NCBI GenBank assembly: GCA_963767925.1
Contig: CAVYGB010000010.1
Span: 672,001-736,000 of the forward strand
Direction of reading: 5' to 3'
Source of the DNA: an uncultured delta proteobacterium
Lineage (GTDB): Bacteria > Myxococcota_A > Polyangia > Fen-1088
DNA: 64,000 bases
Numbering within the stretch: the stretch's first letter is position 1; each line of letters starts with the position of its first letter. A program made the position numbers and the translations under genes. The notes under the pieces were generated by a model. That model was not told the DNA's origin. It saw only the letters and a program-made list of their open reading frames with translations, and did no database searches. Below, piece by piece: positions 23,132 to 32,548 of this stretch.

Positions 23132-24310
23132 ATGTCCAGCCCGTCCCGATCGCTTTCTCCCCTCTGCCTGGCCGGCGCGTCGTCGCTCTTGCTGGCGCTG
23201 GCCTGCGGGGACGACGGAGGGGCGCCGGACTGCGCCGGGTCGGGCACGATCTGCACGCAGGTCGGCACCGGCGCGCCCGCCTTCGACGGCGACGGGCGCG
23301 ATCGGCTCGCCTCCTCCCTGAACTGGCCGCTGGACCTGGACTTCGCGCCCGACGGGCGGGCCTACCTGCTCGACTGGCAGAACCACCGGGTCCGCCGCCT
23401 CGGCCTCGACGGCCGGCTGGAGACCGTGATGGGCAACGACCTGGTGGGCGACGGCCCGCCCGACAGCGGCGACCTGCGGGCCGAGGGGGCGCCCGGGATC
23501 GAGGTGGAGCTCAACCACCCCACCGACCTGCACTTCCTGCCCGACGGTAGCGTCGTCGTGGCGGCCTGGCACAACCACAAGCTGCGGCGGCTCGACCCGG
23601 TCAGCGGCCGGGTGACGGTGCTGGCTGGCGCCGGCCCCGGCAAGACCGGCGACGGCGGTCCGGCCGGCAAGGCGCTGCTCAACCAGCCCAAGTCGATCGC
23701 GTGCGACCCGGCCGGCAACATCTTCGTCACCGACTCGCGCAACCAGCGCATCCGCCGCATCGACGCGGGGTCGGGCCTCATCGCGCCGATCGCGGGCAGC
23801 GGTCAGCTCGGCTTCGCCGGGGACGGCGCCGAGGCCCTGCTGGCGAGCTTCTTTCTCCAGCAGGACAACGAGAACCCCGAGCCAGGCGGAAACATCGCGC
23901 TCGACGGGCGGGGCTGGCTCTACGTCGCGGACACCTTCAACAACCGCATCCGCCGCCTCGATCTCGAGGGCCGCACGGTGCAGACCCTGGCGGGCAACGG
24001 GATGCGGGGCTTCTCGGGCGACGGCGGTCCGGCCACCGAGGCCGCGCTCAACCGGCCCCGCGACCTCGAGCTGGGGCCCGACGGGCGCCTTTACGTCGCC
24101 GACACCGACAACCACCGCATCCGGGCCATCGACCTCGACCGGGGCACCATCGCCACGGTGGCCGGAGACGGCGCGCCCGGCTTCACCGGCGAGGGCGGTC
24201 CGGCGGAGCGGGCGAGCCTGCGCCGGCCCTTCGGGATCGCTTTCGACGCCGAGGGGAACCTGCACATCGCCGACACCCTGAACAACCGCGTCCGGAGGGT
24301 GGCCCGATGA
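23132..24310 (+). CDS. NHL-repeat (teneurin-like beta-propeller) lipoprotein
   Basis: Lipobox LALAC; repeated GDGGPA..A.LN.P and YVADT.NNRIR units. Confidence 0.9.
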   Translation: MSSPSRSLSPLCLAGASSLLLALACGDDGGAPDCAGSGTICTQVGTGAPAFDGDGRDRLASSLNWPLDLDFAPDGRAYLLDWQNHRVRRLGLDGRLETVMGNDLVGDGPPDSGDLRAEGAPGIEVELNHPTDLHFLPDGSVVVAAWHNHKLRRLDPVSGRVTVLAGAGPGKTGDGGPAGKALLNQPKSIACDPAGNIFVTDSRNQRIRRIDAGSGLIAPIAGSGQLGFAGDGAEALLASFFLQQDNENPEPGGNIALDGRGWLYVADTFNNRIRRLDLEGRTVQTLAGNGMRGFSGDGGPATEAALNRPRDLELGPDGRLYVADTDNHRIRAIDLDRGTIATVAGDGAPGFTGEGGPAERASLRRPFGIAFDAEGNLHIADTLNNRVRRVAR

Positions 24311-24377
24311 ACCGCTCGAAGACGAGCTGGAAGACCCGTCCCGGGTACCGAGGGAGAGGGACCCGGGGGTCCACGCC

Positions 24378-25541
24378 GTGCTGGGCCTGGCGCTGGCGCT
24401 CGCCGGCTGCGGCGCCGGACCGGCCAGCCCGGAGACTCCGGCGAGCGCCTGCCCCCGGGTGCCCGGGACCATCTGCACGGTGGCGGGGACCGGCGTCGCC
24501 GGGGACGGCCAGGACGGCCTGCCGCCGCTCGACACCTGGCTGTACGCGCCCGCCGACGTGGCGCTGGGCCCCGACGGCACCCTGGTCATCGTCGACTGGA
24601 ACAACCACCGCCTGCGGGCGCTGGGGGCGGACGGCACCCTGCGCATCGTGGCCGGGGTGGGCGAGCTGGCGCCCGAGACCCTCGAGGACGAGGTCGGCGC
24701 CCGCCTCAACCACCCCACCGACGTGACCTTCGATCCGCAGGGCCGCCTGGTCATCGCCGCCTGGCACAACAGCCGGGTCAAGCGGCTCGACCCGACGACC
24801 CTGGCGCTCGAGGACATCGCCGGCACCGGCGCCCGCAGCTACTCGGGCGACGGGGGACCCGCGCTCGGCTGCGATCTCAACCTGCCGGTCAGCGTGCTGT
24901 ACGACCCGGCCGGCAACCTGCTGATCTCCGATCAGGCCAACCAGCGCATCCGGCGCGTCGATCCGGCCGGCACCATCACCACCGTCGCCGGGTCGGGCCG
25001 CCGCGGCTTCGCCGGCGACGGCGGCCCCGCCAGCGCGGCCGAGTTCGCCCTCCCGGTCGGCCAGCGCGGCCACCCGGCCGGACACATCGCCCTCGGCCCC
25101 GACGGAGCCCTCTACCTCGCCGACACGGAGAACAACCGGATCCGGCGCATCGGCCCCGACGGCCTGGTCTCCACCGTCGCCGGGCGCGGCACCTACGGGG
25201 CCACCGGCGACGGCGGCCCGGCGCTCGAGGCCGAGCTGGCCTACCCGGTCGACGTGGCCCTGTCGCCCGAGGGGGTCCTGCACATCGCCGACACCGAGAA
25301 CAACTGCGTCCGCAAGGTCGAGGGCGGGGTCATCACCACCGTGGCCGGGGTGTGCGGGCGCTGTGGCTCCAGCCTCGACGATCCCTGCCGCTGCCCGCCC
25401 ACCGAGGCGGTCTGCATCGGGGACGGGGCCCCGGCCGGGGAGGCCCGCCTCAAGCGCCCGACCGGGATCGCCTTCGACGCCGCGGGGAACCTCTACGTGG
25501 CCGACACGTTGAACCACCGCATCCGGGTGGTGTACCGCTGA
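24378..25541 (+). CDS. NHL-repeat lipoprotein, paralogue of the preceding gene
   Basis: Lipobox LAGC and the same repeats. The true start may be ATG 24307 (ATGA overlap) with a frameshift. Confidence 0.88.
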   Translation: MLGLALALAGCGAGPASPETPASACPRVPGTICTVAGTGVAGDGQDGLPPLDTWLYAPADVALGPDGTLVIVDWNNHRLRALGADGTLRIVAGVGELAPETLEDEVGARLNHPTDVTFDPQGRLVIAAWHNSRVKRLDPTTLALEDIAGTGARSYSGDGGPALGCDLNLPVSVLYDPAGNLLISDQANQRIRRVDPAGTITTVAGSGRRGFAGDGGPASAAEFALPVGQRGHPAGHIALGPDGALYLADTENNRIRRIGPDGLVSTVAGRGTYGATGDGGPALEAELAYPVDVALSPEGVLHIADTENNCVRKVEGGVITTVAGVCGRCGSSLDDPCRCPPTEAVCIGDGAPAGEARLKRPTGIAFDAAGNLYVADTLNHRIRVVYR

Positions 25542-25996
25542 GCGCGGGGAAGACCGGCCCGGCGCTGCTGCTCGTCCTCACCGGGCTGTCCTGTGGCCCC
25601 GGGCCCGGGCCGCCGCCGGCCTCTCTGCTGCCGGCGGATCACGCGACCCGCTTCACGACCGTGCGGGACTGCCGGCCCAGCGTCGACCACGGCCTGGTGC
25701 GCATCACGATCAAAGTCGACCCCGCGCTGGCCGCCCGCTACCAGGCCGGGCCCTACCCGTTTCCGGCCGGCTCGCTCATCGTGAAGGAGGAGTTCGCCGA
25801 CCCCGCCTGCACCGACCGGCTGGGCTGGACCCTCATGGAGAAGCAGCCCGACGGCTACGACGATCGCCACGGCGACTGGCGCTGGCAGCGCCTCGACGCC
25901 GGGGGAAACTTGCTGGAGGACGGAAAGCTCGCCGGCTGCGCGAGCTGCCACGCCAGCGGCTGCCGGGCCCGCGATCTGGCCTGCGCCGAGCCATGA
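25538..25996 (+). CDS. Cytochrome P460 / c'-beta family lipoprotein
   Basis: FPAGSLIVKE, MEK..GYD...GDWRW and C-terminal CASCH heme motif; lipobox GLSC. Start presumed at the CTG overlapping the previous TGA. Confidence 0.8.
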   Translation: MSAGKTGPALLLVLTGLSCGPGPGPPPASLLPADHATRFTTVRDCRPSVDHGLVRITIKVDPALAARYQAGPYPFPAGSLIVKEEFADPACTDRLGWTLMEKQPDGYDDRHGDWRWQRLDAGGNLLEDGKLAGCASCHASGCRARDLACAEP

Positions 25997-26082
25997 CGAC
26001 CGGACCGGGACATCGAAGTCCAGGAGCAGAGCGCCAGATCCGGAGTCGGGCACGCGACCCCGCCCGCTCCGGAGGGTCCGGC

Positions 26083-26099
26083 TTGGCGCGCACCTTGCT
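26083..26099 (+). promoter_or_regulatory. Putative sigma54 promoter
   Basis: TTGGCGC-GCACC-TTGCT, near consensus; the -12 C lies 14 nt before the ATG at 26112. Confidence 0.7.
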
Positions 26100-26111
26100 C
26101 ACCTGGCGGAC

Positions 26112-27977
26112 ATGCGAACCGGCAATCGGCGATCCCGACCCCTGCTCGTGATGCTGGCCTGGGCGGCGTTCTTCAGCCTGGCCCCGCCGGCGCGGCGGGC
26201 AGACGCCTGCGGCGGCTTCTTCTGCAACCAGCCCAACGGCCCCGACGACCAGCCGGTGGCCCAGACCGCGGAGAACGTGCTGTTCGCGATGGAGCGGGCG
26301 CCCAGCGGGCAGTTCCAGCTCGAGGCCCACGTGCAGATCTTCTACACCGGTCCGGCCGATCGCTTCTCCTGGGTGGTGCCGGTCGACAGCGAGCCCACCC
26401 TGGGGGTGGGCAGCAACGCCGTGTTCACGGCCCTGCTCGCGGCCACCCAGCCCCGCTTCGAGCTCGAGTGGCGCACCTCCGGCACCTGCCGGCCCTCGGC
26501 GCCGCCGCCACCACCGGCCGCGCCGGCACCAGCGCCACCGCCCGTGGTGAGCCCCCCCGGGACGCCAGGCTCGGGCGTCGCGGTCAGCTTCCGGGGCAAC
26601 GTCGGCCCTTACGACGCCGCCATCCTCCGCTCCACCGACCGCAACGACCCCAAGCCGCTCATCGACTGGCTCGCGCTCAACAAGTACTTCGTGACCCCCG
26701 AGGCGGTCCGCCTCATCGAGGAGTACGTGCGGGCCGACCGCCACTTCGTCGCCATCCGCCTGCAGGCCGAGCGCGGGGTCAACGAGATCGAGCCGCTCGT
26801 GATGCGTTTCCTCGGCCCCGGCCCCTGCGTGCCGCTCAAGCTGACCGCCATCGCCTCCATCCGCGACCTGCGCATCAACCTCTGGGTGCTCGCCGACGGC
26901 CGGGTCGTCCCCGACAACTTCTACGAGATGGAGATCAACCCGGCCCGCATCGACTGGTTCAACGGCGGCCGCAACTACGAGGAGCTGGTCAAGGAGGCGG
27001 CCGACCAGGCCGGCGGCAACGCCTTCATCACCGAGTTCGCCGGCCCGGCCTCCCTGCTGAAGGGCCGCCTGTTCCAGCCCGGTCAATACGACTTCGCCGC
27101 GGTCGCCGCCAGCGCCAACCCACCCGACGCCCTCGACCGGATCGGCGTCATGCCCTTCGCCCGGGACAACACCCTGCTCGCCATCTTGCGCACCCACATC
27201 CCCGTCCCCGCCCGCCTGGTGGCCATGGGCATCGACGAGCGCACCTTCTACAACCAGCTCCGGCTCTACTGGTCGCAATACCAGACCGACTTCGCGCCCT
27301 TCGACGCCCAGGCCCTCGCCGCGGCGCTGGAGGAGAAGTTCGTCACCGCCCCCCGCAAGATCCAGGCGCTGTTCGACCAGCACGCCCGGCTGACCCGCCT
27401 GTCCACCTTCATCTCGCCCGAGGAGATGACCGTCGACCCGACCTTCGTCGCCAACCCGACCTTGCCCGACGTGCCCGCCACCCGCCGGGCCGTCGCCACC
27501 CGGGTGTGCGGCGATAGCCAGTACGACGCCTGCACGGCTCCCGTCCGCCTGGAGGCCCCTGGCACCGACGCCGTCTGGTTCCGCCCCCGGCCCCAGCCGG
27601 TCTGCTACGGCCAGACCTTCGACTACGATCGGGCCGCGCTCGACGGGATGCCCGCCCTCTACCGCGCCTGGGCCCGCACCAGCCTGGGCGAAGGCGCCGT
27701 TCGCCTGGATCGACGCCAGACCATCGGCAACGCCATCCGCGCCCACAACGCCATCTCCACCCGAAACTCCCCCGCGACGCCCGACGCCGGCCGCCCCGGG
27801 CCCGGAACCCGCGACGGCGGTCACGTCAGAGACGGCGGCCACGGCGGCACGCCCGTGACGGGATCGATGGGCGGCGGCTGCGGCTGTCAGCTTGGCGCGC
27901 GGTCCGCCGGCACCGCCCTACCCCTCGTCATCGGAGCGATCGCCCTGGCAATCCGCCGCCTCCGCCGCCGCCCGTAG
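26112..27977 (+). CDS. DUF2330 domain protein with MYXO-CTERM-type anchor
   Basis: ACGGFFC..Q.AE.VLF, FSWVVPV and PLKLTAIA; C-terminal GGGCGC followed by a hydrophobic helix and RRLRRR. Confidence 0.85.
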   Translation: MRTGNRRSRPLLVMLAWAAFFSLAPPARRADACGGFFCNQPNGPDDQPVAQTAENVLFAMERAPSGQFQLEAHVQIFYTGPADRFSWVVPVDSEPTLGVGSNAVFTALLAATQPRFELEWRTSGTCRPSAPPPPPAAPAPAPPPVVSPPGTPGSGVAVSFRGNVGPYDAAILRSTDRNDPKPLIDWLALNKYFVTPEAVRLIEEYVRADRHFVAIRLQAERGVNEIEPLVMRFLGPGPCVPLKLTAIASIRDLRINLWVLADGRVVPDNFYEMEINPARIDWFNGGRNYEELVKEAADQAGGNAFITEFAGPASLLKGRLFQPGQYDFAAVAASANPPDALDRIGVMPFARDNTLLAILRTHIPVPARLVAMGIDERTFYNQLRLYWSQYQTDFAPFDAQALAAALEEKFVTAPRKIQALFDQHARLTRLSTFISPEEMTVDPTFVANPTLPDVPATRRAVATRVCGDSQYDACTAPVRLEAPGTDAVWFRPRPQPVCYGQTFDYDRAALDGMPALYRAWARTSLGEGAVRLDRRQTIGNAIRAHNAISTRNSPATPDAGRPGPGTRDGGHVRDGGHGGTPVTGSMGGGCGCQLGARSAGTALPLVIGAIALAIRRLRRRP

Positions 27978-28021
27978 ATCGCACGCGCGCAAGAGAATCA
28001 CGCCACCCCCGCCGTCGTTCG

Positions 28022-28061
28022 CCCTCGCCCCGCGGCAGCGGGGAGAGGGTGGGGCGAGGGG
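28022..28061. repeat. REP-like palindrome between convergent genes
   Basis: CCCTCGCCCCGC-GGCA-GCGGGGAGAGGG-TGGGGCGAGGGG; resembles the widespread CCCTCTCCCC..GGGGAGAGGG extragenic palindrome type. Confidence 0.6.
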
Positions 28062-28084
28062 TCCGCCGCCCGCGCCTGGCGCCG

Positions 28085-30340
28085 CTACTTGAGGCGGTCG
28101 CAGCCGAGGCGGCCGATAGCCCGCTGCAGGCGCGGATTGGTCAGCGGGTTGTCCCCCACGTCGCGCAGGGAGAGGCGAAACAGGGTGGCCGCCCGGCAGG
28201 CGTCGCCGTGGCCGGTCAGCGCGCGGGCCAGCCACACCCGGGCCAGCGGCCGCAGCCCGCTGCGACGGGCCAGCGTGCCCGCGACGTAGGCCGCGACCGG
28301 ACCGGGAGGGACGCGGCCGTAGCGCTCGCGCAGGCGCCTGGTGACCTCCAGGGCCGCCGCCGGGTTGCGCGCGCGCGCCCCCCGTGTGATGAGCTGCAGG
28401 TCGCGGTCGCCGCCGGTGCTCTTGCGAATGCTCTCGAGGAGCTGCAAGAGGGCGGGCGAGTCGGGCGGCCCCACGAAGACCGAGCGGGCCGCCACCAGCC
28501 GCGCCTCCGGCCCGGGGGGCGCCCCCTCGGGGAGCTGCACCCGCCGGGTGGTGGCGATCTCGACCCCGATGCGCGCCCAGGCCAGCGGCGGCAGGGCCCG
28601 ATCGGCCAGCACCTCGGCCCGGCCCAGCAGCACCTTGGCCTCCCGCACGGCCCCCAGGTTGGCCAGCGCCTGCGAGGTGAGGCCAAGCAGGCGCGGCTCG
28701 GCCGGCACGACGGCGGCGGCGGCGAGCGCCTGGGTCAAGGCCGCCCGCCGGGTGCCCGCCCGGCGCAGGACCAGCGCCCGATCCAGCCGGCAGGCGGCCG
28801 CCAGGGTGGGGATGCGGGTCTCGTCCTCCTTGCAGGCCTGGCCGACGATCGCCACCTCCTCGGGCGGCAGCTTGCCGCCGCGGGCCTGGTGCGCCTCCAT
28901 GAGGAGCTGCAGGGCCAGCGGGTGGCGGGGCGAATCGGTGAGCACCGCCCGGGCGATGGCCAGCGCGCGCTCCGGATCGCCCCGATCGAGCGACAGCTCA
29001 CCCGACAGCAGCCGCCCCAGGGGAAAGGGAGAGTTCTCGGAGTCGGGCCCCAGCCGCTCGAGCGCCGCCGCCGCCTCGCCGTTGCGGCTGAGCCGCCGCG
29101 CCTCCACGAACCGGAGCAGCGGCGTCTGCCCGGTGGCCAGCCCGAGCGCCCGCGAGGCGGCCTCGGCTCCCGCCCGATCCCCGCGCGCCAGGCGCAGCAG
29201 CACCCGGGCGCCGGCCAGCTCCTCGGGCGGCGCCTCGTTGCCCAGCCCGGCGAGCAGCTCGTCGGTGAGGACCTCGGTCGGTCGATCGGCGGGACGGCCG
29301 TACTCCGAGGCCAGCAGGGCGCTCGCCAGCAGCGCGCGGTTGACCGCCGGTGTCGGGCGCGGCGCCCGCAGGCGGCGATCCTTGACCAGCAGGGCCACCA
29401 GCTCGTCGAACCCGGCGGCCCCCAGCGGGCCCGGACCATCTTCGTCGGCCAGCGGGCCGGTCGGTGTGCTCGAGCCGGTCCCCGCGGTCCGCTCGCGGGT
29501 GGTCCCGGGCTTCGGGCGCAGGGCCCAGCTCGTGATCACGACGGTGAGCGCAGCCAGCGTGAAGAGGATGACCCCCGCCACCGTCAGCACCGCGCTCGGG
29601 TGGCGGCGGGTCCAGGCGCTGACCGCCGCGAACAGGCCACGGAGCGGTTTCTTCTCCCGGGCGGTGACGGGCGCCTTGCGGGCCGCCGCCGGCGGCGGAG
29701 GTGCGTAGCCCGCCCCCGCCGGCAAGGTCCGGGTCGGCACCGCCCCGGCGCCCGCCCCGCCCGCGGGCGGAGCGAGCGTCTCGAGCGGCGGCGAGGCGTC
29801 GGTGACGGCGGGCCCCTCCCAGGTCTGCCGCCGGCGGCGGGGTGGCGCTGGCGGCTGTGCCCGCGTCCTGCCCGGTTCGGTCGGGACGGGCTGGCCGGGC
29901 TGAGCGGGCTGGCCGGGGCGGGGCGCGCCCATGACCTGCTGGATCAGCTCGGCGACCCGGGCCTGGCCGGGGGAGATGGCCTCGGCCCGCAACAGGACAT
30001 CGGAGGCGCGCGGGTAGTCCCCCAGCGCGACGAGGACCTCGGCCAGCCAGCGGTGCGCGGCGAAGAAGGCCGGGTTGCGGGCGACCACCTGCTCGAGCAG
30101 CCCGCGAGCCTGATCGAGGCGCCCCTGCTCGCCCCAGGCCCGGGCCAGCACCACCTGCGCGCTCGGCAGGTTGGGCGATTGCCCCAGCAACGATCGGGCC
30201 AGATCCTCCGCCTCCGGGGCGCGACCGTCGTCGCAAAGATTGTGAGCGAGGGCGACGAGTTGCATGACCCGCGCCTGCGGCGTCTCAGTCCCGATGGCTC
30301 CGCTGCTCGCTCTCAATCTAGGTTCCGGAGACTTGGTCAT
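28085..30340 (-). CDS. TPR-containing membrane protein
   Basis: N-terminal TPR helices, Pro-rich linker, one TM helix and a long helical-repeat C-terminus. Confidence 0.8.
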   Translation of the reverse strand: MTKSPEPRLRASSGAIGTETPQARVMQLVALAHNLCDDGRAPEAEDLARSLLGQSPNLPSAQVVLARAWGEQGRLDQARGLLEQVVARNPAFFAAHRWLAEVLVALGDYPRASDVLLRAEAISPGQARVAELIQQVMGAPRPGQPAQPGQPVPTEPGRTRAQPPAPPRRRRQTWEGPAVTDASPPLETLAPPAGGAGAGAVPTRTLPAGAGYAPPPPAAARKAPVTAREKKPLRGLFAAVSAWTRRHPSAVLTVAGVILFTLAALTVVITSWALRPKPGTTRERTAGTGSSTPTGPLADEDGPGPLGAAGFDELVALLVKDRRLRAPRPTPAVNRALLASALLASEYGRPADRPTEVLTDELLAGLGNEAPPEELAGARVLLRLARGDRAGAEAASRALGLATGQTPLLRFVEARRLSRNGEAAAALERLGPDSENSPFPLGRLLSGELSLDRGDPERALAIARAVLTDSPRHPLALQLLMEAHQARGGKLPPEEVAIVGQACKEDETRIPTLAAACRLDRALVLRRAGTRRAALTQALAAAAVVPAEPRLLGLTSQALANLGAVREAKVLLGRAEVLADRALPPLAWARIGVEIATTRRVQLPEGAPPGPEARLVAARSVFVGPPDSPALLQLLESIRKSTGGDRDLQLITRGARARNPAAALEVTRRLRERYGRVPPGPVAAYVAGTLARRSGLRPLARVWLARALTGHGDACRAATLFRLSLRDVGDNPLTNPRLQRAIGRLGCDRLK

Positions 30341-30754
30341 ATCCGCGTGATCACCGCACCCACCGCCCGCCCCGTGGATGGGACACCATCCACCACAAGC
30401 TGGGCCTGGTCATGTTTCCTGGAGTCGTCCCAACGGGCGTGCGCAACTGGGCCACCGCCAGCGGCTGCTCGAACCCTCTTGGGTTCTCCCCCTGAAGACG
30501 GCCGCGGACGATGGACTTCGAGCGGATGCTGGGCCAGCGGAAGCCTCGGATCCTCTGACCCGAGCGCCGGGCATTTTGCGTGAGGACCTCCCTCCGAGCA
30601 ACTTGTTCGTTCAGGGGGAATGTCGGCAAATTGCAACCGCTCTGTGCGCCGCTGGTGACAAGTGGAAGGACCACCTCCCGGGACCGGTCTGGCATCGGTG
30701 GCCGGCGGGCGCCTCGACCGGCGTCGGCCGGCCGGACGGTGTATGTTCCCGCGA

Positions 30755-31303
30755 ATGAAGTACAGCCAAGCACTTGCCGTGCTGGTCGCCATGACCGGCA
30801 CCGCGTACGCCCAGAAGCCGGTCAAGGTCACGATCAACCACATCGGTGAAAACGGGGTCGGCAAGCCCGCCGGCACCATCACCATCAAGCAGACGAAGGA
30901 AGGCCTGGAGCTCCAGACCGACCTCAAGGGTCTGACCCCCGGAGAGCACGGGTTCCACCTGCACGAGAACGGGAGCTGCGACCCCGGCGAGAAGGAGGGG
31001 GTCAAGACCGCGGGTCACGCCGCCGGCGCCCACTTCGACCCCGAAGGCACCAAGGCCCACAAGGGCCCGGGCGGTGGGGGCCACAAGGGCGACCTGCCGA
31101 AGCTGGTCTTCACTCCGAAGGGGACCCTCAAGGCCAAGCTGAAGGTCCACGGACTTACCTTCGACGACGTGGCCGGGCGCGCCTTCATGATCCACGACGG
31201 CGGCGACAACTACGCCGACGACCCCAAGCCCCTCGGCGGCGGCGGTGGTCGCATCGCGTGTGGAGTCATTCCCGCTGCTACCGCCGCTAAACCGAAAAAA
31301 TAA
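30755..31303 (+). CDS. sodC: Cu/Zn superoxide dismutase
   Basis: Signal peptide; HGFHLHENGSC, AGAHFDP, HKGDLP, MIHDGGDNY and GGGGGRIACGVI. Confidence 0.95.
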   Translation: MKYSQALAVLVAMTGTAYAQKPVKVTINHIGENGVGKPAGTITIKQTKEGLELQTDLKGLTPGEHGFHLHENGSCDPGEKEGVKTAGHAAGAHFDPEGTKAHKGPGGGGHKGDLPKLVFTPKGTLKAKLKVHGLTFDDVAGRAFMIHDGGDNYADDPKPLGGGGGRIACGVIPAATAAKPKK

Positions 31304-31391
31304 ATGTTACCTGGCCCACGATTCCCATCCGAAAAATAATTCAAGGGGGCCCCCCGAGCGGTCGATGTCTCCTGCCCAGAGCAAGGAGTAC

Positions 31392-31859
31392 ATGGCTGCA
31401 GGAAAACTGGGTCGCAGGGATCTGTTCCGGGTGCTGGGTGCAACGGCGGGTGCGGTGTGCGGGGGCATGGCGGCGTGTGGGGGCAGTGAGATGGTCACCC
31501 GCAAGGAGCTGGTCCCGCTGCCCGACGCGCGCGAGGGGCTGATCCTCATCCCGGTGGCCGACTTTCCCCAGCTCCTCCAGGTGGGGGGCTGTGTGGTGGG
31601 GGAGGCGGCCGGCATGGCCGACCCGGTGGCGATCGCCCGCCAGGAAGGCGACCGCTTCCTCGCGGTGCGGGCCCTGTGCACGCACATGGTCTGCATCCTG
31701 CGCTTCAATCCGCTCAACGTGACGCTCGACTGTCCCTGCCACGGGTCGACCTTCGAGGTCGACGGGCGGGTCATCAACGGCCCCGCCGTCCAGCCCCTGG
31801 CCCCTCTGGTCACCCGCTTCGACGGAACCATGCTGAGCGTCCAGCTCTCTCCCGCCTGA
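31392..31859 (+). CDS. Rieske [2Fe-2S] protein with Tat/lipoprotein signal
   Basis: AAGGAG RBS; GRRDLF; CTHMVC and CPCHGSTF ligand motifs. Confidence 0.9.
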   Translation: MAAGKLGRRDLFRVLGATAGAVCGGMAACGGSEMVTRKELVPLPDAREGLILIPVADFPQLLQVGGCVVGEAAGMADPVAIARQEGDRFLAVRALCTHMVCILRFNPLNVTLDCPCHGSTFEVDGRVINGPAVQPLAPLVTRFDGTMLSVQLSPA

Positions 31860-31992
31860 GCCGCCAGCGCGAGCTTCGCGCGCCCGGGCGGCGGGGTGCC
31901 CGTGGTCGGCCGTCGGGCCAGATCCGTCGGCGTCCGTCGGCTCGCTGCGTGCCCGAGCGGCGGCCGCGCGCGGCGGGGTTATACTGCGGGCC

Positions 31993-32508
31993 ATGTCCAT
32001 CAAGAAGCTCTGGATGGCCTCCCTGCTGGCCCTCTCCCTCGCCGCTTGCCGCTCGACCCCGCCGCCGGCGGCCTCCGCCCCGCCCCCCGCTCCCCCCGAG
32101 GTGAAGACCTACGGGCAGCCGCTCGCCGCCGCCCAGGCGCTGCCGGTCGCCACCCTGGTCGGCCAGCCCGACGGCTACGCCGGCAAGGCGGTCACCGTCG
32201 AGGGGACCGTGCGCGCCGCCTGCACCAACAAGGGCTGCTGGCTCGAGCTGGCGGAGAACGCCAAGACCGGGGCAGGCGCCCCGGCCGGATGCCGGGTCAC
32301 CTTCAAGGACTACGGTTTCTTCGTCCCCACCAACGCGGCCGGCTCGCGGGCGCGCGTCCAGGGGACCTTCGAGCTCGCCACCGTGAGCGCCTCCCGGGTG
32401 CGCCACCTCGAGCAGGAGGGCGCGGCCTTCGCCAGCAAGCAGCCCGACGGTACCGCCCGCGAGCTGCGCCTGGTAGCCACCGGCGTCGAGCTGTGGCGAG
32501 ATCGCTGA
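31993..32508 (+). CDS. DUF4920-like lipoprotein
   Basis: Lipobox LAAC; C.NKGCW and RVTFKDYGFFVP. Confidence 0.8.
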   Translation: MSIKKLWMASLLALSLAACRSTPPPAASAPPPAPPEVKTYGQPLAAAQALPVATLVGQPDGYAGKAVTVEGTVRAACTNKGCWLELAENAKTGAGAPAGCRVTFKDYGFFVPTNAAGSRARVQGTFELATVSASRVRHLEQEGAAFASKQPDGTARELRLVATGVELWRDR

Positions 32509-32548
32509 GAGCGTAGATCGCCCGCCGCCCGCCGCCCGAGAGGCCCCC

